Both the position numbers and the translations under genes were made by a program. This document shows positions 17,782-25,275 of a stretch of DNA of 64,000 nt, in pieces (within the stretch, counting starts at the first letter, position 1; every line of letters starts with the position of its first letter). Origin of the DNA: an uncultured Desulfatibacillum sp. (GTDB taxonomy: Bacteria; Desulfobacterota; Desulfobacteria; Desulfobacterales; SpSt-501). The notes under the pieces are model-generated. The model was not told the DNA's origin. It worked only from the letters and a program-made list of their open reading frames with translations, and made no database searches. The stretch is taken from NCBI GenBank assembly GCA_964570965.1, contig CAZNAX010000001.1:41469-105468 (forward strand). The letters are read 5' to 3'.

Positions 17782-17899
17782 CCTCAAACTCGAAGTGTAC
17801 CCTCAATCTTGGTTGATCACCTTTCAATCGACGTTGAGCGTATTCCAGTGCCAGCTCTGCCAACGTCGTGAAAAGATCCTCGCTAAAGTCCCTCTTCAT
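17669..17899 (-). CDS. Hypothetical small protein (3' part possibly non-coding)
   Basis: ATG 17899 lies 7 nt after GAGGAA (MKRDFSEDLFTTLAELALEYAQRRL...). The last about 30 codons are low complexity (TGTRTAATSRTAATST) created by an 18-nt tandem repeat and overlap the next gene by 113 nt. Confidence 0.4.
   Translation of the reverse strand: MKRDFSEDLFTTLAELALEYAQRRLKGDQPRLRVHFEFEDEKEDDSTVAVHTGTRTAATSRTAATSTGLRNKAERQ
17701..17736. repeat. 18-nt tandem duplication
   Basis: TCGAAGTCGCAGCTGTTC followed by TTGAAGTAGCAGCTGTTC (2 copies, 3 mismatches), inside two overlapping ORFs. Confidence 0.8.
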
Positions 17900-18485
17900 A
17901 CTTCCATTCCTCATATTCCGTTTTCATCTTCTTCACCTCCTTCTGCGGAATGCCTAGCTCGAGCTCCTTAGATCTGTTGTTCAACATCACAAGCGCTGTG
18001 CTGTATTTGATCCCGTATCCAGTCAGTTGATGGGCTCGAGCTACGACATTTTCTGCGTTCATCAACTTCGGGAACATTGCCCACTCTGCTTGGATGCATA
18101 CACTTTCGTAGTGTGCTCTCCACTTTGCGTTGATCAGGTAGCGTACGGCATATAGAAGATTCCACTGCATGACGTGAGTCAACTCGTGGAACATGTGAGG
18201 GGTCATATGGCTGTTCCAGGTCCATGCTGGACAGTCGTAGATCGTATGCCCTATGGTGGTACCATAGTCGGTGAGGAACTTCTGAATGTTAGTGATCTTC
18301 AAGGCGTTAGTGATCTTCAAGAAGATATTGATGGTTCTCATGAACCAAGATCTTTGCTTGTCGACTAGTTTGATCTTAGCCACGTTCTTATGAAAGTACG
18401 GGAGAAAGTTCATGTCCACTCCGATCCTAATATATGAGTAAAAACGATTCGGCTTTTCCGCCTCAACCGCGACATCATGTCCCAT
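17883..18485 (-). CDS. Putative HExxH zinc metallopeptidase-like protein
   Basis: ORF 17883..18608, with ATG 18485 (MGHDVAVE...) preferred because the longer form overlaps the upstream ORF by 86 nt. Motif MFHELTHVMQW. Start is uncertain. Confidence 0.45.
   Translation of the reverse strand: MGHDVAVEAEKPNRFYSYIRIGVDMNFLPYFHKNVAKIKLVDKQRSWFMRTINIFLKITNALKITNIQKFLTDYGTTIGHTIYDCPAWTWNSHMTPHMFHELTHVMQWNLLYAVRYLINAKWRAHYESVCIQAEWAMFPKLMNAENVVARAHQLTGYGIKYSTALVMLNNRSKELELGIPQKEVKKMKTEYEEWKYEEGL
18288..18323. repeat. 18-nt tandem duplication inside CDS
   Basis: GTTAGTGATCTTCAAGGC followed by GTTAGTGATCTTCAAGAA. It encodes LKITNALKITNI on the minus strand. Confidence 0.85.
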
Positions 18486-18522
18486 CGGTTTACTCAGCCT
18501 TGTGGTACCGCCAGAACACTTA

Positions 18523-18741
18523 TCACACTTTCTGATCGAAATTTTTGCGGGATCTAATGTCCTCGAAAGACAGTCTACTCTCGTTATCTTTGATGTGTTC
18601 CCCCGCACTGATCAGCACTTCAGCTAGTAAGAAGCATTGATCAGCTCCATGTAGGACAAGTCCAGTGTCTGCATCTCCTGGCCTTCCGGTGATTACCTTC
18701 AAGATCGCAATGTTGCCCATCACCTTCACACGATCTTTCAT
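18523..18741 (-). CDS. Hypothetical small protein (first gene of minus block)
   Basis: 72-aa ORF (MKDRVKVMGNIAILKVITGRPGD...) with GGGGG upstream on the minus strand, facing a divergent promoter region. Confidence 0.55.
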   Translation of the reverse strand: MKDRVKVMGNIAILKVITGRPGDADTGLVLHGADQCFLLAEVLISAGEHIKDNESRLSFEDIRSRKNFDQKV

Positions 18742-18841
18742 TCCGTTACCCCCTGTCTGGTGTGATCGTAACTAGAGATCGACTTGACTTCGACTACATT
18801 GCCCACCTAACATCACCTCCTCCGGATCCTTCATTGTCTCC

Positions 18842-18869
18842 TTGGACCGATCGAGATCGATTGTAGAAT
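18842..18869 (+). promoter_or_regulatory. Sigma70-like promoter candidate
   Basis: TTGGAC (18842-18847), 16 nt, TAGAAT (18864-18869). The spacer contains the inverted repeat CGATC-ga-GATCG. Confidence 0.4.
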
Positions 18870-18925
18870 GCGACGGTCCATGGTATAAGAGGCCCGGCCA
18901 CGGAACTGTTCTAGTACAGAAGATC

Positions 18926-19183
18926 ATGACAAATCAAGTACCAAAAGTAATTTGTGTTGCCTGCGAAAGGCCGATTTTCTTCTGCAGAGCTGTGGGGCGG
19001 GACTACATAGGAGCCAATGTAAGAGCCGAGGACTTTGTTCCGATCGGTGATTATGCCGCTCCTAAAGAGGCAGATCCAATGATCTGTCCTCTATGTGGTA
19101 AATTGTTCGTACTACTCAATGGCAGAGGCGGGATCATCCTAAAGCTGGAGGGTGAGGCTTATTGGCCGCATCCTCCATTCTGA
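18926..19183 (+). CDS. Small zinc-ribbon protein
   Basis: ATG 18926 (MTNQVPKVICVACERPIFFC...ICPLCGKLF), with a CxxC...CxxC pair. The upstream part of ORF 18842.. overlaps the promoter. Confidence 0.55.
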   Translation: MTNQVPKVICVACERPIFFCRAVGRDYIGANVRAEDFVPIGDYAAPKEADPMICPLCGKLFVLLNGRGGIILKLEGEAYWPHPPF

Positions 19184-19194
19184 ATCAAGATCTC

Positions 19195-19223
19195 TTGACA
19201 TAGTGATCATGATCAGATATGTT
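19195..19223 (+). promoter_or_regulatory. Sigma70-like promoter with palindromic spacer
   Basis: TTGACA (19195-19200), 17 nt, TATGTT (19218-19223). The spacer holds the perfect palindrome TGATCATGATCA. Confidence 0.55.
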
Positions 19224-19271
19224 CATTGTGATCGTGATCGAGTACGACAAGTTGAAGTAAGGAAGGTAGAA

Positions 19272-20042
19272 ATGACACATCCGGCAGAGGCAAAGAGCGA
19301 CAAGGCAGCGGAGCTGAAGGAAAAGCTTGCGCGCCTGAAGAGTGGTGGCAATGGGCAGACGGCGGCTCCGGTACCGTCCAACGGAAATAGCGTGACCGTC
19401 CCGGCCAAGAAACGTGGTGGGATGGCGGACGTGCCAGGAGTGCATGTCTCTGAGACCCCCGTCGTGAAGAAGAGCCCAGTCGTGAAGAAGAGCCCAGTCG
19501 AGAAGGAGCCCAAAAAGACACCGGTGAGGGCTGCGAAGACCGCGAAGGCCGCCAAGTCCGAAAAGGCTCCAGCACCTCGAAAAGCAGCCAAGGAGAGCGT
19601 GGAGAAAGCTCCGAGGAAAGCCAAGAAGGCTGCAGAAGGTGAGATTCACCGGAGCATGGATAGGGACAGGAAAAGTGATGGTCTACGTCCTGTTGAAAGG
19701 GACATCATCAAGATCGTGAAGGCCAAGCGTGGGAAGCCAATCTCCATCCGTGACATCGCGATCGCAATGTTCGGGGAGGAGAAGGTAACCGTAGCATACG
19801 GTGAGGGCAAGAAGGACAACGAGCTCGTCCGTGTTGTTCGCAACGGCATCAGGGTCCCATGCTCCATTGGCATTCTCACTAGGTGGTCGAAAACTGGCGA
19901 TCCAGATGCGAAGCGTGGCTACGTGATGATGGTTGGGGTCTCTCCTCCTCCAGTCAGTGCTTCTGCGAAAGCGACGAAGATAGCGAAGGAGAAAGTCAGA
20001 GAGAAGGTCGCCGCCAAAAGGGCGAAGATCAAGTCTGAGTAG
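19272..20042 (+). CDS. Lys/Ala/Pro-rich histone H1-like DNA-binding protein candidate
   Basis: ATG 19272 follows AAGGAAGG. Basic repeats PVVKKSPVVKKSPVEKEPKKTPVRAAKTAKAAKSEKAPAPRKAAK, then a folded C-terminal domain. Confidence 0.55.
   Translation: MTHPAEAKSDKAAELKEKLARLKSGGNGQTAAPVPSNGNSVTVPAKKRGGMADVPGVHVSETPVVKKSPVVKKSPVEKEPKKTPVRAAKTAKAAKSEKAPAPRKAAKESVEKAPRKAKKAAEGEIHRSMDRDRKSDGLRPVERDIIKIVKAKRGKPISIRDIAIAMFGEEKVTVAYGEGKKDNELVRVVRNGIRVPCSIGILTRWSKTGDPDAKRGYVMMVGVSPPPVSASAKATKIAKEKVREKVAAKRAKIKSE
19458..19511 (+). repeat. 3 x 18-nt in-frame tandem repeat (PVVKKS)
   Basis: CCCGTCGTGAAGAAGAGC, CCAGTCGTGAAGAAGAGC, CCAGTCGAGAAGGAGCCC. Confidence 0.8.
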
Positions 20043-20058
20043 CTTCCAGACCGATAGA

Positions 20059-20092
20059 CAGGTGGGCCTCATAGAAATGTGAGGCCCACCTG
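20059..20092 (+). terminator. 13-bp perfect hairpin after H1-like gene
   Basis: CAGGTGGGCCTCA (20059-20071) pairs with TGAGGCCCACCTG (20080-20092). No clear U-tract follows, so termination efficiency is uncertain. Confidence 0.5.
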
Positions 20093-20109
20093 CGTCTAGT
20101 AGGTGTGGT

Positions 20110-20679
20110 ATGAACATTCTTGATCTAGAAGAAGAAGATGTATTCCAACTCAGCTCACCAACAAAAGGCGGTGTCATGGCAGAGGGTAAAAAGGTGGAGA
20201 GTAAACGCTCTACTCCTACAAGACCAATGATGAGTACGATAGGCCATGTACCTCCTGGTTGGGTGGGTAATTACCGCCAGACGCATGATCCGAATAGTGA
20301 GCGCTGTATGTGCGCTAGCTGTACTGTTCGCGAGTATCCCTACCTGCGTGAGGGGATTCCGGTACAGGTACACCCATCCTACTCAGCGGATACTCCGCAG
20401 ATGCAAAATATGGCCGGTCTCTACGACAAGAGAGTCATGAACAAAATGCAGGTCGAGTGCTGTAAGTGCCACATGTACATCGAGCTGGAAGGCGCAGTGG
20501 CTGACGCCTATACTCCAGAGAAACAAGACATCTGCCACTTTGGCTGTCTACCAGACGATGAGCGAAAGCACTTCGAGTCCATAGGGTACAGCCTTCCGTA
20601 CGTCATATTTATCAGGAAGATGGATGGAGGCAAGAATGGATCAGGACCCGTATCGGAGACACTGCCACAAAAGGAATGA
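20110..20679 (+). CDS. Cys-rich hypothetical protein
   Basis: 189 aa with AGGTG upstream. Cysteine motifs CMCASC, CCKCH and CHFGC. Confidence 0.6.
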   Translation: MNILDLEEEDVFQLSSPTKGGVMAEGKKVESKRSTPTRPMMSTIGHVPPGWVGNYRQTHDPNSERCMCASCTVREYPYLREGIPVQVHPSYSADTPQMQNMAGLYDKRVMNKMQVECCKCHMYIELEGAVADAYTPEKQDICHFGCLPDDERKHFESIGYSLPYVIFIRKMDGGKNGSGPVSETLPQKE

Positions 20680-20935
20680 TGTGACGGCAATCTACGAGGT
20701 CAACCTCGATGGGTTTGCTGGTGAAATTGGAAAGCTAGTGATCGTTCTGACGGATGGCACTATACTTCTGTACGACTTTCATAAGTATGTCCATGAGGTA
20801 CTAGGTCCTGAATGTGAAAGACGAAGCGTGCTTCTCCAGGACGTAGAAAGGGAGATAGGGTACGTAGAGGAGAAGCTGAAGACGCTGAAGCATCTTCGTA
20901 GGATGCTGGAACCCTCACCGGAGCTGACTGAGTAA
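20636..20935 (+). CDS. Hypothetical protein
   Basis: ATG 20636 lies 5 nt after GGAGG (MDQDPYRRHCHKRNDV...). It overlaps the upstream gene by 44 nt. Confidence 0.55.
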   Translation: MDQDPYRRHCHKRNDVTAIYEVNLDGFAGEIGKLVIVLTDGTILLYDFHKYVHEVLGPECERRSVLLQDVEREIGYVEEKLKTLKHLRRMLEPSPELTE

Positions 20936-21267
20936 TGGCACCGATCACTGATCTCAAATACGTCCGTTTCATCAAGGAAGGATCTGAGATAGGATCCTCG
21001 CTGATAGAGCAGGCCAAGAGGGAGATAAAGATCGAGCCCAAGGATGCATCAAAGACATTGGTGACAGCTTGGGTAGTGCTGAACGCCGTTTCTGCTGTTT
21101 GCCACCGAAACAGGATGCACACACAGGCAGCCAAGGTAGAGACGATGCGACAGAGGATCAGGTTCATGGCAGGTGAGCTGGCGACAGCAGGCTACCACTT
21201 GGTGACCGACGTACCAGATAGCCAGGTAGCGCTAGTCGTCACACCAAAGAAACCAGAGGAGGTGTAG
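20935..21267 (+). CDS. Hypothetical protein
   Basis: 110-aa ORF with TAATG overlap. Confidence 0.6.
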   Translation: MAPITDLKYVRFIKEGSEIGSSLIEQAKREIKIEPKDASKTLVTAWVVLNAVSAVCHRNRMHTQAAKVETMRQRIRFMAGELATAGYHLVTDVPDSQVALVVTPKKPEEV

Positions 21268-21269
21268 AG

Positions 21270-21737
21270 ATGGAACCGGAAGAGAAGACCAGAAGGATGT
21301 CCGAGTGGGCGGACGGAGTTCAGGACGGCAGCATCGAATTCCTCGAGGTTGCGCTTGATATGAAGGAGGCGAGCAAGGCTGGCTACGAATGGCCCTGGCT
21401 CATCGGCCTCTACCTCGAGATGTTCGCCAACCTCATTCGGAATGGAAGCTGCGCACCAGATTTCGATGCCAAGCTGAAGACGCGGATAAAGGTGGCGAGG
21501 ACCACTGCGTCCAGGGGCTACCTCGGCCCGTTCCAGGAAATGTCGAAGATGCTGTCTGGCGAACAGATCAGCGCCCTCGACAACATGAACGAAGTCTTCA
21601 TCGAGCTGTGGAACAAGATGCCTGGTAGCTGCGAGATCGACAAGATATTGAGCGAGGCGGCAACTCCACAGCAACAAGAGCTCCCGATCGTGACTGTTGT
21701 TACCCCACCGAATGGCGAGTTCCCGACGGCTGTCTAG
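21270..21737 (+). CDS. Hypothetical protein
   Basis: 155-aa ORF with RBS GGAGGTG. It is the last gene before the ORF-free region. Confidence 0.65.
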   Translation: MEPEEKTRRMSEWADGVQDGSIEFLEVALDMKEASKAGYEWPWLIGLYLEMFANLIRNGSCAPDFDAKLKTRIKVARTTASRGYLGPFQEMSKMLSGEQISALDNMNEVFIELWNKMPGSCEIDKILSEAATPQQQELPIVTVVTPPNGEFPTAV

Positions 21738-21760
21738 TATCAGCCAATAACTACGTAAGA

Positions 21761-21830
21761 GAAGAGGGGCGGCTTAGATCTTTCACTGTGATCCAGGGGA
21801 CAAGTTACTGGAATCTAGCCGCCCCTCTTC
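21761..21830. ncRNA. Structured element, unit 1 (candidate small RNA or terminator)
   Basis: GAAGAGGGGCGGCT(T)AGAT (21761-21779) pairs with ATCTAGCCGCCCCTCTTC (21813-21830), an 18-bp stem with one bulged T. Apical sub-hairpin ACTGT/ACA(A)GT. Strand is undetermined. Confidence 0.45.
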
Positions 21831-21864
21831 CCTGTTTCTAGTATCAAAGCTTTCACCTGTCAAT

Positions 21865-21944
21865 GGGAGAGAGGACGGCTTAGATCTTTCTCCTGTGTCC
21901 TGAGACCACAGGGTACTGGAATCTAGCCGCCCACAAACTCTCCC
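21865..21944. ncRNA. Structured element, unit 2 (paralog of unit 1)
   Basis: It shares GGCTTAGATCTTTC...TACTGGAATCTAGCCGCC with unit 1. Outer stem is GGGAGAG/CTCTCCC. The apical hairpin CCTGTG/CACAGG differs in sequence but not in position from unit 1, which looks like compensatory change. Confidence 0.45.
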
Positions 21945-22180
21945 AACCGATCCTAACATTACTCCTGGCGCCAGCGTGCTTCATTACGACCATTCGTACC
22001 CAGGTCTCAGGTACCCGGATGCCTCCCCACAAACACGTCGTGGGGCGCACAAGGACATACGATAGCCGCCACCATATTTGAATCTCCGATGGTGGCCGGA
22101 GCAGATCCTTTTGCGATAGGCGCCTTCACGCAAAGGATCCGATCATAGAAACAGTCCGTAACTGCTCCTCGATCAAAGAT

Positions 22181-22209
22181 CTTATATACACGATCTATCG
22201 TCTTTTTTC
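22181..22209 (-). promoter_or_regulatory. Leftward promoter candidate facing the ORF-free region
   Basis: Minus strand reads GAAAAA, 17 nt, TATAAG (CTTATA at 22181-22186). The first 20 nt nearly match the 36070 promoter (CTTATATACTGATCTAT vs CTTATATACACGATCTAT). There is no ORF downstream on the minus strand. Confidence 0.45.
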
Positions 22210-22218
22210 ACTTATCTG

Positions 22219-22226
22219 GGTATAAG
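22219..22226 (+). promoter_or_regulatory. GTATAAG -10-like element (plus-strand class)
   Basis: GGTATAAG lies 44 nt upstream of ATG 22270. It belongs to the recurrent GTTATAAG family found 35-70 nt upstream of first genes of plus-strand blocks. Confidence 0.4.
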
Positions 22227-22269
22227 ACTGACAGAGGAAGACCATTTGACGTGGTCATAGGAGGTTCAT

Positions 22270-22671
22270 ATGGGATGTGTGACCTGTGGAGGCGGAGTAG
22301 TAGAGAAACAGGAAGACATGTCGATCGAAGAGATCGAAGAGGAGCTGCGCGAGATGCGTACTCCAGCAGAGATGGACAAGCTGGAGAAGTGGCTCAAGAA
22401 CAGGCCATCAGAGGTAGAGAGAGTGGCCAGGGAATTTCCACCATGGCAGCTATATCGGATCAAGGATCAGGCACCCTACCGATTCACGGTTGAAAAGTCC
22501 GTTGTTGCCTCATACAAGTTCGTAGAGACCAACAACGGGGTGGAAGCCTACTTCAGAGTGCTACGTAGCCCGATCGGATACGCTGGCGTAGTCGCCCACA
22601 TTAGCCCCGCATTCTTGGAACCGATCACTCTTGATGATCTGAAGGAGGAGGTGAAGAATGAGGATCGTTGA
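22270..22671 (+). CDS. Hypothetical protein
   Basis: 133 aa with AGGAGG upstream. It is the first gene after the noncoding gap. N-terminus MGCVTCGG. Confidence 0.7.
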   Translation: MGCVTCGGGVVEKQEDMSIEEIEEELREMRTPAEMDKLEKWLKNRPSEVERVAREFPPWQLYRIKDQAPYRFTVEKSVVASYKFVETNNGVEAYFRVLRSPIGYAGVVAHISPAFLEPITLDDLKEEVKNEDR

Positions 22672-22924
22672 GCGGGAGTTCGATAACCTAGATGCCGTTC
22701 AGGGATTTATCGAGGGCATCAACTTCGTGAACGATGACGACATTGCTGTCCGTGAGGTGATGGTTGAAGTAAACGTCCTCGGAAAAGATCCACGAGTACG
22801 TTTCATAGTCCTCATACTGGATAGCGATGGTGATGATTCGGAGAGTGATCTGGTAGATGATGAGAACGGAGAATGGGTGCGCTTGCATCCAGGATGCTCT
22901 ACCGAAGTGTGCATGAAGAGGTAG
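22658..22924 (+). CDS. Acidic hypothetical protein
   Basis: 88 aa with RBS GAAGGAGGAGG. Contains DSDGDDSESDLVDDENGE. Confidence 0.65.
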   Translation: MRIVEREFDNLDAVQGFIEGINFVNDDDIAVREVMVEVNVLGKDPRVRFIVLILDSDGDDSESDLVDDENGEWVRLHPGCSTEVCMKR

Positions 22925-22927
22925 CAT

Positions 22928-23158
22928 GTGATCTGGATCAACAATGCACTCGGAGGTAGACACTGGCACGGACATCTACATAGATCAGTAGTCAACGGTG
23001 TTTGCTGCTGTGCGGACTGTCTTGTGGAACGAAGTAGCGGACTCCTAGCGATCGGCCCCATTCATGCTGATAATCGAAAGGCATTGCAGCAACTGGAGCG
23101 GGAGGGCTACGTTGGTCTCTACCGATGCATACGTAAGCCGTGGAAGGAGAGAGGGTGA
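22928..23158 (+). CDS. Possible Cys/His-rich small protein
   Basis: 76-aa GTG-start ORF (HWHGHLH, CCCADC) that fills the gap between neighbours. RBS is weak. Confidence 0.35.
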   Translation: MIWINNALGGRHWHGHLHRSVVNGVCCCADCLVERSSGLLAIGPIHADNRKALQQLEREGYVGLYRCIRKPWKERG

Positions 23159-23466
23159 TGGACTACGAGAAGAAGGATATAGATCAGAAGGTCACTGACG
23201 AGAATGTCAAGCTTGCTGGACTGCTAGAAGAAACTGCCAAGTTCATAAACGATACTGGTGCACAGATCGTGAATAGGCTCAACAAAATATCTGATCATAT
23301 GTTCCAACTCAAGCCCCAAGACGCTGAACTGGTGTTCAACACCGGTATACTCATTGGAAAGATGGATCAGGTAGCTGTTACGATGCACGCTTACCTGGAG
23401 TCTTACCTGAAGTTCCAGGCAGTATATCTGACTAGCATCAACAGTGCCAAAGAGGAGATGCACTAA
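23158..23466 (+). CDS. Hypothetical protein
   Basis: ATG 23158 follows GGAGAGAGGG and overlaps the upstream TGA. 102 aa, helical. Confidence 0.65.
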   Translation: MDYEKKDIDQKVTDENVKLAGLLEETAKFINDTGAQIVNRLNKISDHMFQLKPQDAELVFNTGILIGKMDQVAVTMHAYLESYLKFQAVYLTSINSAKEEMH

Positions 23467-23822
23467 TGGGGATGTTCGATAATTTGATCTGCGATTATCC
23501 ACTACCCGGTGGCCATTCAGTGACTTCAGTGTCTATATGGCAGAAGGTACAGACAAAGACGTTTCAGACAAAAGATCTCCAACAGCATCCTAACTTGGAT
23601 ACATTCAAGATCACCAAAGATGGAAAGCTACTTATTCATAATGATCCCAAATTTGAGGAAAAGATCTATAATTTCACAGGATACTGTGTCTTTTACGACT
23701 TTGTAGGTGATCCGGCTGTTGGGTGGGTAGAGTTCATTGCTGAGTTTGAACGCGGCGTTCTCAAGGATATCAAACTGCGTACATATGAGGATCCGGATGT
23801 GAGAAGTAAGGAGGGTGCATAG
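23466..23822 (+). CDS. Hypothetical protein
   Basis: 118 aa with TAATG overlap (MGMFDNLICDYPLPGG...). Confidence 0.7.
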   Translation: MGMFDNLICDYPLPGGHSVTSVSIWQKVQTKTFQTKDLQQHPNLDTFKITKDGKLLIHNDPKFEEKIYNFTGYCVFYDFVGDPAVGWVEFIAEFERGVLKDIKLRTYEDPDVRSKEGA

Positions 23823-24143
23823 ATGGAACTGAAGAGAGACAAAGACAAATACGGCGGTCTGATGCCTCGATGTGGTGGAGGGATAAAGAACCCGGCGAAA
23901 GAGTCACCCGATCAGTCCAGGCTGAATCATATGCAATCCAAGCTGAATCATCTGTATGCCTCTACGTGTGTTATATCTTCGTGCGTTGCTGTGCTCAAGA
24001 ACTTGTTCAGCATGACATCGAAGAGCTGGACTGCCGATAGCTCCGAAAAGGCTATGGCTAATGCTCGCGCCATAGAGTTGCTACTCCAAGAGATCAGAGA
24101 CGAAGTGAAGGAGATAGTGATAGAGGGAAGTGAGTTGAAATGA
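23823..24143 (+). CDS. Hypothetical protein
   Basis: 106 aa with RBS AGGAGGG. Confidence 0.65.
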   Translation: MELKRDKDKYGGLMPRCGGGIKNPAKESPDQSRLNHMQSKLNHLYASTCVISSCVAVLKNLFSMTSKSWTADSSEKAMANARAIELLLQEIRDEVKEIVIEGSELK

Positions 24144-24340
24144 GTGTGAGATCAGAACTAGGTCGTTTGTACGATCGTACCGACTTGATCCATGTTTACA
24201 AAGTACAACTCGGTAAAACGTTGCAGAAAGAGGGAGTGTGGGGCGAAGAGGAGCGAAAAGACGTACTCAACTCCATACGAAATCTGAAGCGGATACTCCG
24301 TGATATCGAAACTTCTGTGAAGAATATGGAGCTGGGATGA
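24140..24340 (+). CDS. Hypothetical small protein
   Basis: 66 aa with ATGA overlaps at both ends. Confidence 0.6.
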   Translation: MSVRSELGRLYDRTDLIHVYKVQLGKTLQKEGVWGEEERKDVLNSIRNLKRILRDIETSVKNMELG

Positions 24341-25275
24341 GCGATCTATGCCACTTCTGCATGGTGAAAGAGGCTACGAGGAAAGTAGATGGCGGGCAGC
24401 TGGGATCGTTGGGCCAGGTCTCTTTCTGCCTCTGTCCCGAGTGTGCAGATGAGAAGTTACTGGCGGACAAGCGGAACAGCAATCTGCTCGAGCTCCAGCA
24501 CAATGATCTGTCTAAGCTGTGTGTAGGATGTGGCATATGCTGTTTCATACTGCACGCAAAAGTAACACACGCAGAAGCGGATCGTATAGTCGAGGAGAAC
24601 AAGATCTGTAAAGATGATTTTGCGATCGAGACGGAGATCGGAAAGTCTCTCTATCCAGACAACTACACGATCAAGACTCCTTGCATGTTTCTTCTGGGAA
24701 GACCACTTGGCGAATGGACTGCGTGTCGCATCCACGGGAAGTTCAGGCCGGAAGTGTGTCGAACGTACATGTGCAAGATCGCCATAAGGTATCAGATCGG
24801 TACTGTCTCTTTAGGTGAGGCGAAGTACGCGTTACGTTCGGCGGTACTGACGAAGGACTTGTCGATCTTCAACTGGTCGAGCAATAGTGATCAGGAAGCA
24901 AAGCTGCTACTCTCGTTCCAGCTTGCGTCAAGAGTTCGTCAGCTGAGAAAGGACAACCTATCGGAAGAAGACATCAAGATGGCCATGGCCTCTTGGGTCA
25001 CTCCTCGCTACACAATCAAGTCAGTGCTGGATGAGCTGGTGCTAGATATGCACCTTGCTACACATGATCGAGGAGATGACGATCCACTTGTCTTCTTCAG
25101 TAAGGAAGAGCTTGCGAATTTGAGGCAGCTAGAGCCATCAGCCGTGATTGGAGAGGTGATCACTAGAGTGTTGGATACGATCAGGGGGTACTTCGTGTGT
25201 GATAAGAGGCATATAGAGGGGATGCCGAAGGTGGATGAAGAGAAGGCAGAGGAGCTGAAAGGATCAAGCAAATGA
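24337..25275 (+). CDS. YkgJ/UPF0153-like CxxCxxCC metal-binding protein (paralog 1)
   Basis: 312 aa. Motifs CVGCGICC, then later PCMFL...ACRIHGKFRPEVCRTYMC, matching the Cys layout I recall for the putative zinc/iron-chelating domain family. Confidence 0.5.
   Translation: MSDLCHFCMVKEATRKVDGGQLGSLGQVSFCLCPECADEKLLADKRNSNLLELQHNDLSKLCVGCGICCFILHAKVTHAEADRIVEENKICKDDFAIETEIGKSLYPDNYTIKTPCMFLLGRPLGEWTACRIHGKFRPEVCRTYMCKIAIRYQIGTVSLGEAKYALRSAVLTKDLSIFNWSSNSDQEAKLLLSFQLASRVRQLRKDNLSEEDIKMAMASWVTPRYTIKSVLDELVLDMHLATHDRGDDDPLVFFSKEELANLRQLEPSAVIGEVITRVLDTIRGYFVCDKRHIEGMPKVDEEKAEELKGSSK

Noticed and set aside
17770-17790. Programmed ribosomal frameshift at GAAAAAG joining ORFs 17669..17899 and 17536..17781
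   Set aside because: The downstream frame is +1 relative to the upstream one, not -1. The heptamer is not in the X XXY YYZ register, and the downstream ORF has its own ATG. Independent initiation is the simpler explanation.
19185-19649. Three nested minus-strand ORFs (154, 120 and 133 aa) opposite the H1-like gene
   Set aside because: They are mirror frames of a Lys/Ala/Pro-rich coding region (AAG/GCC/CCG repeats) with no independent support.
21738-22260. tRNA or tmRNA in the ORF-free region
   Set aside because: I could not build a cloverleaf on either strand. There is no 7-bp acceptor stem paired with a GTTCRANYC-type T-loop at the right spacing. The TTTGAATC at 22077-22084 sits in a 13-nt loop, not a 7-nt T-loop.
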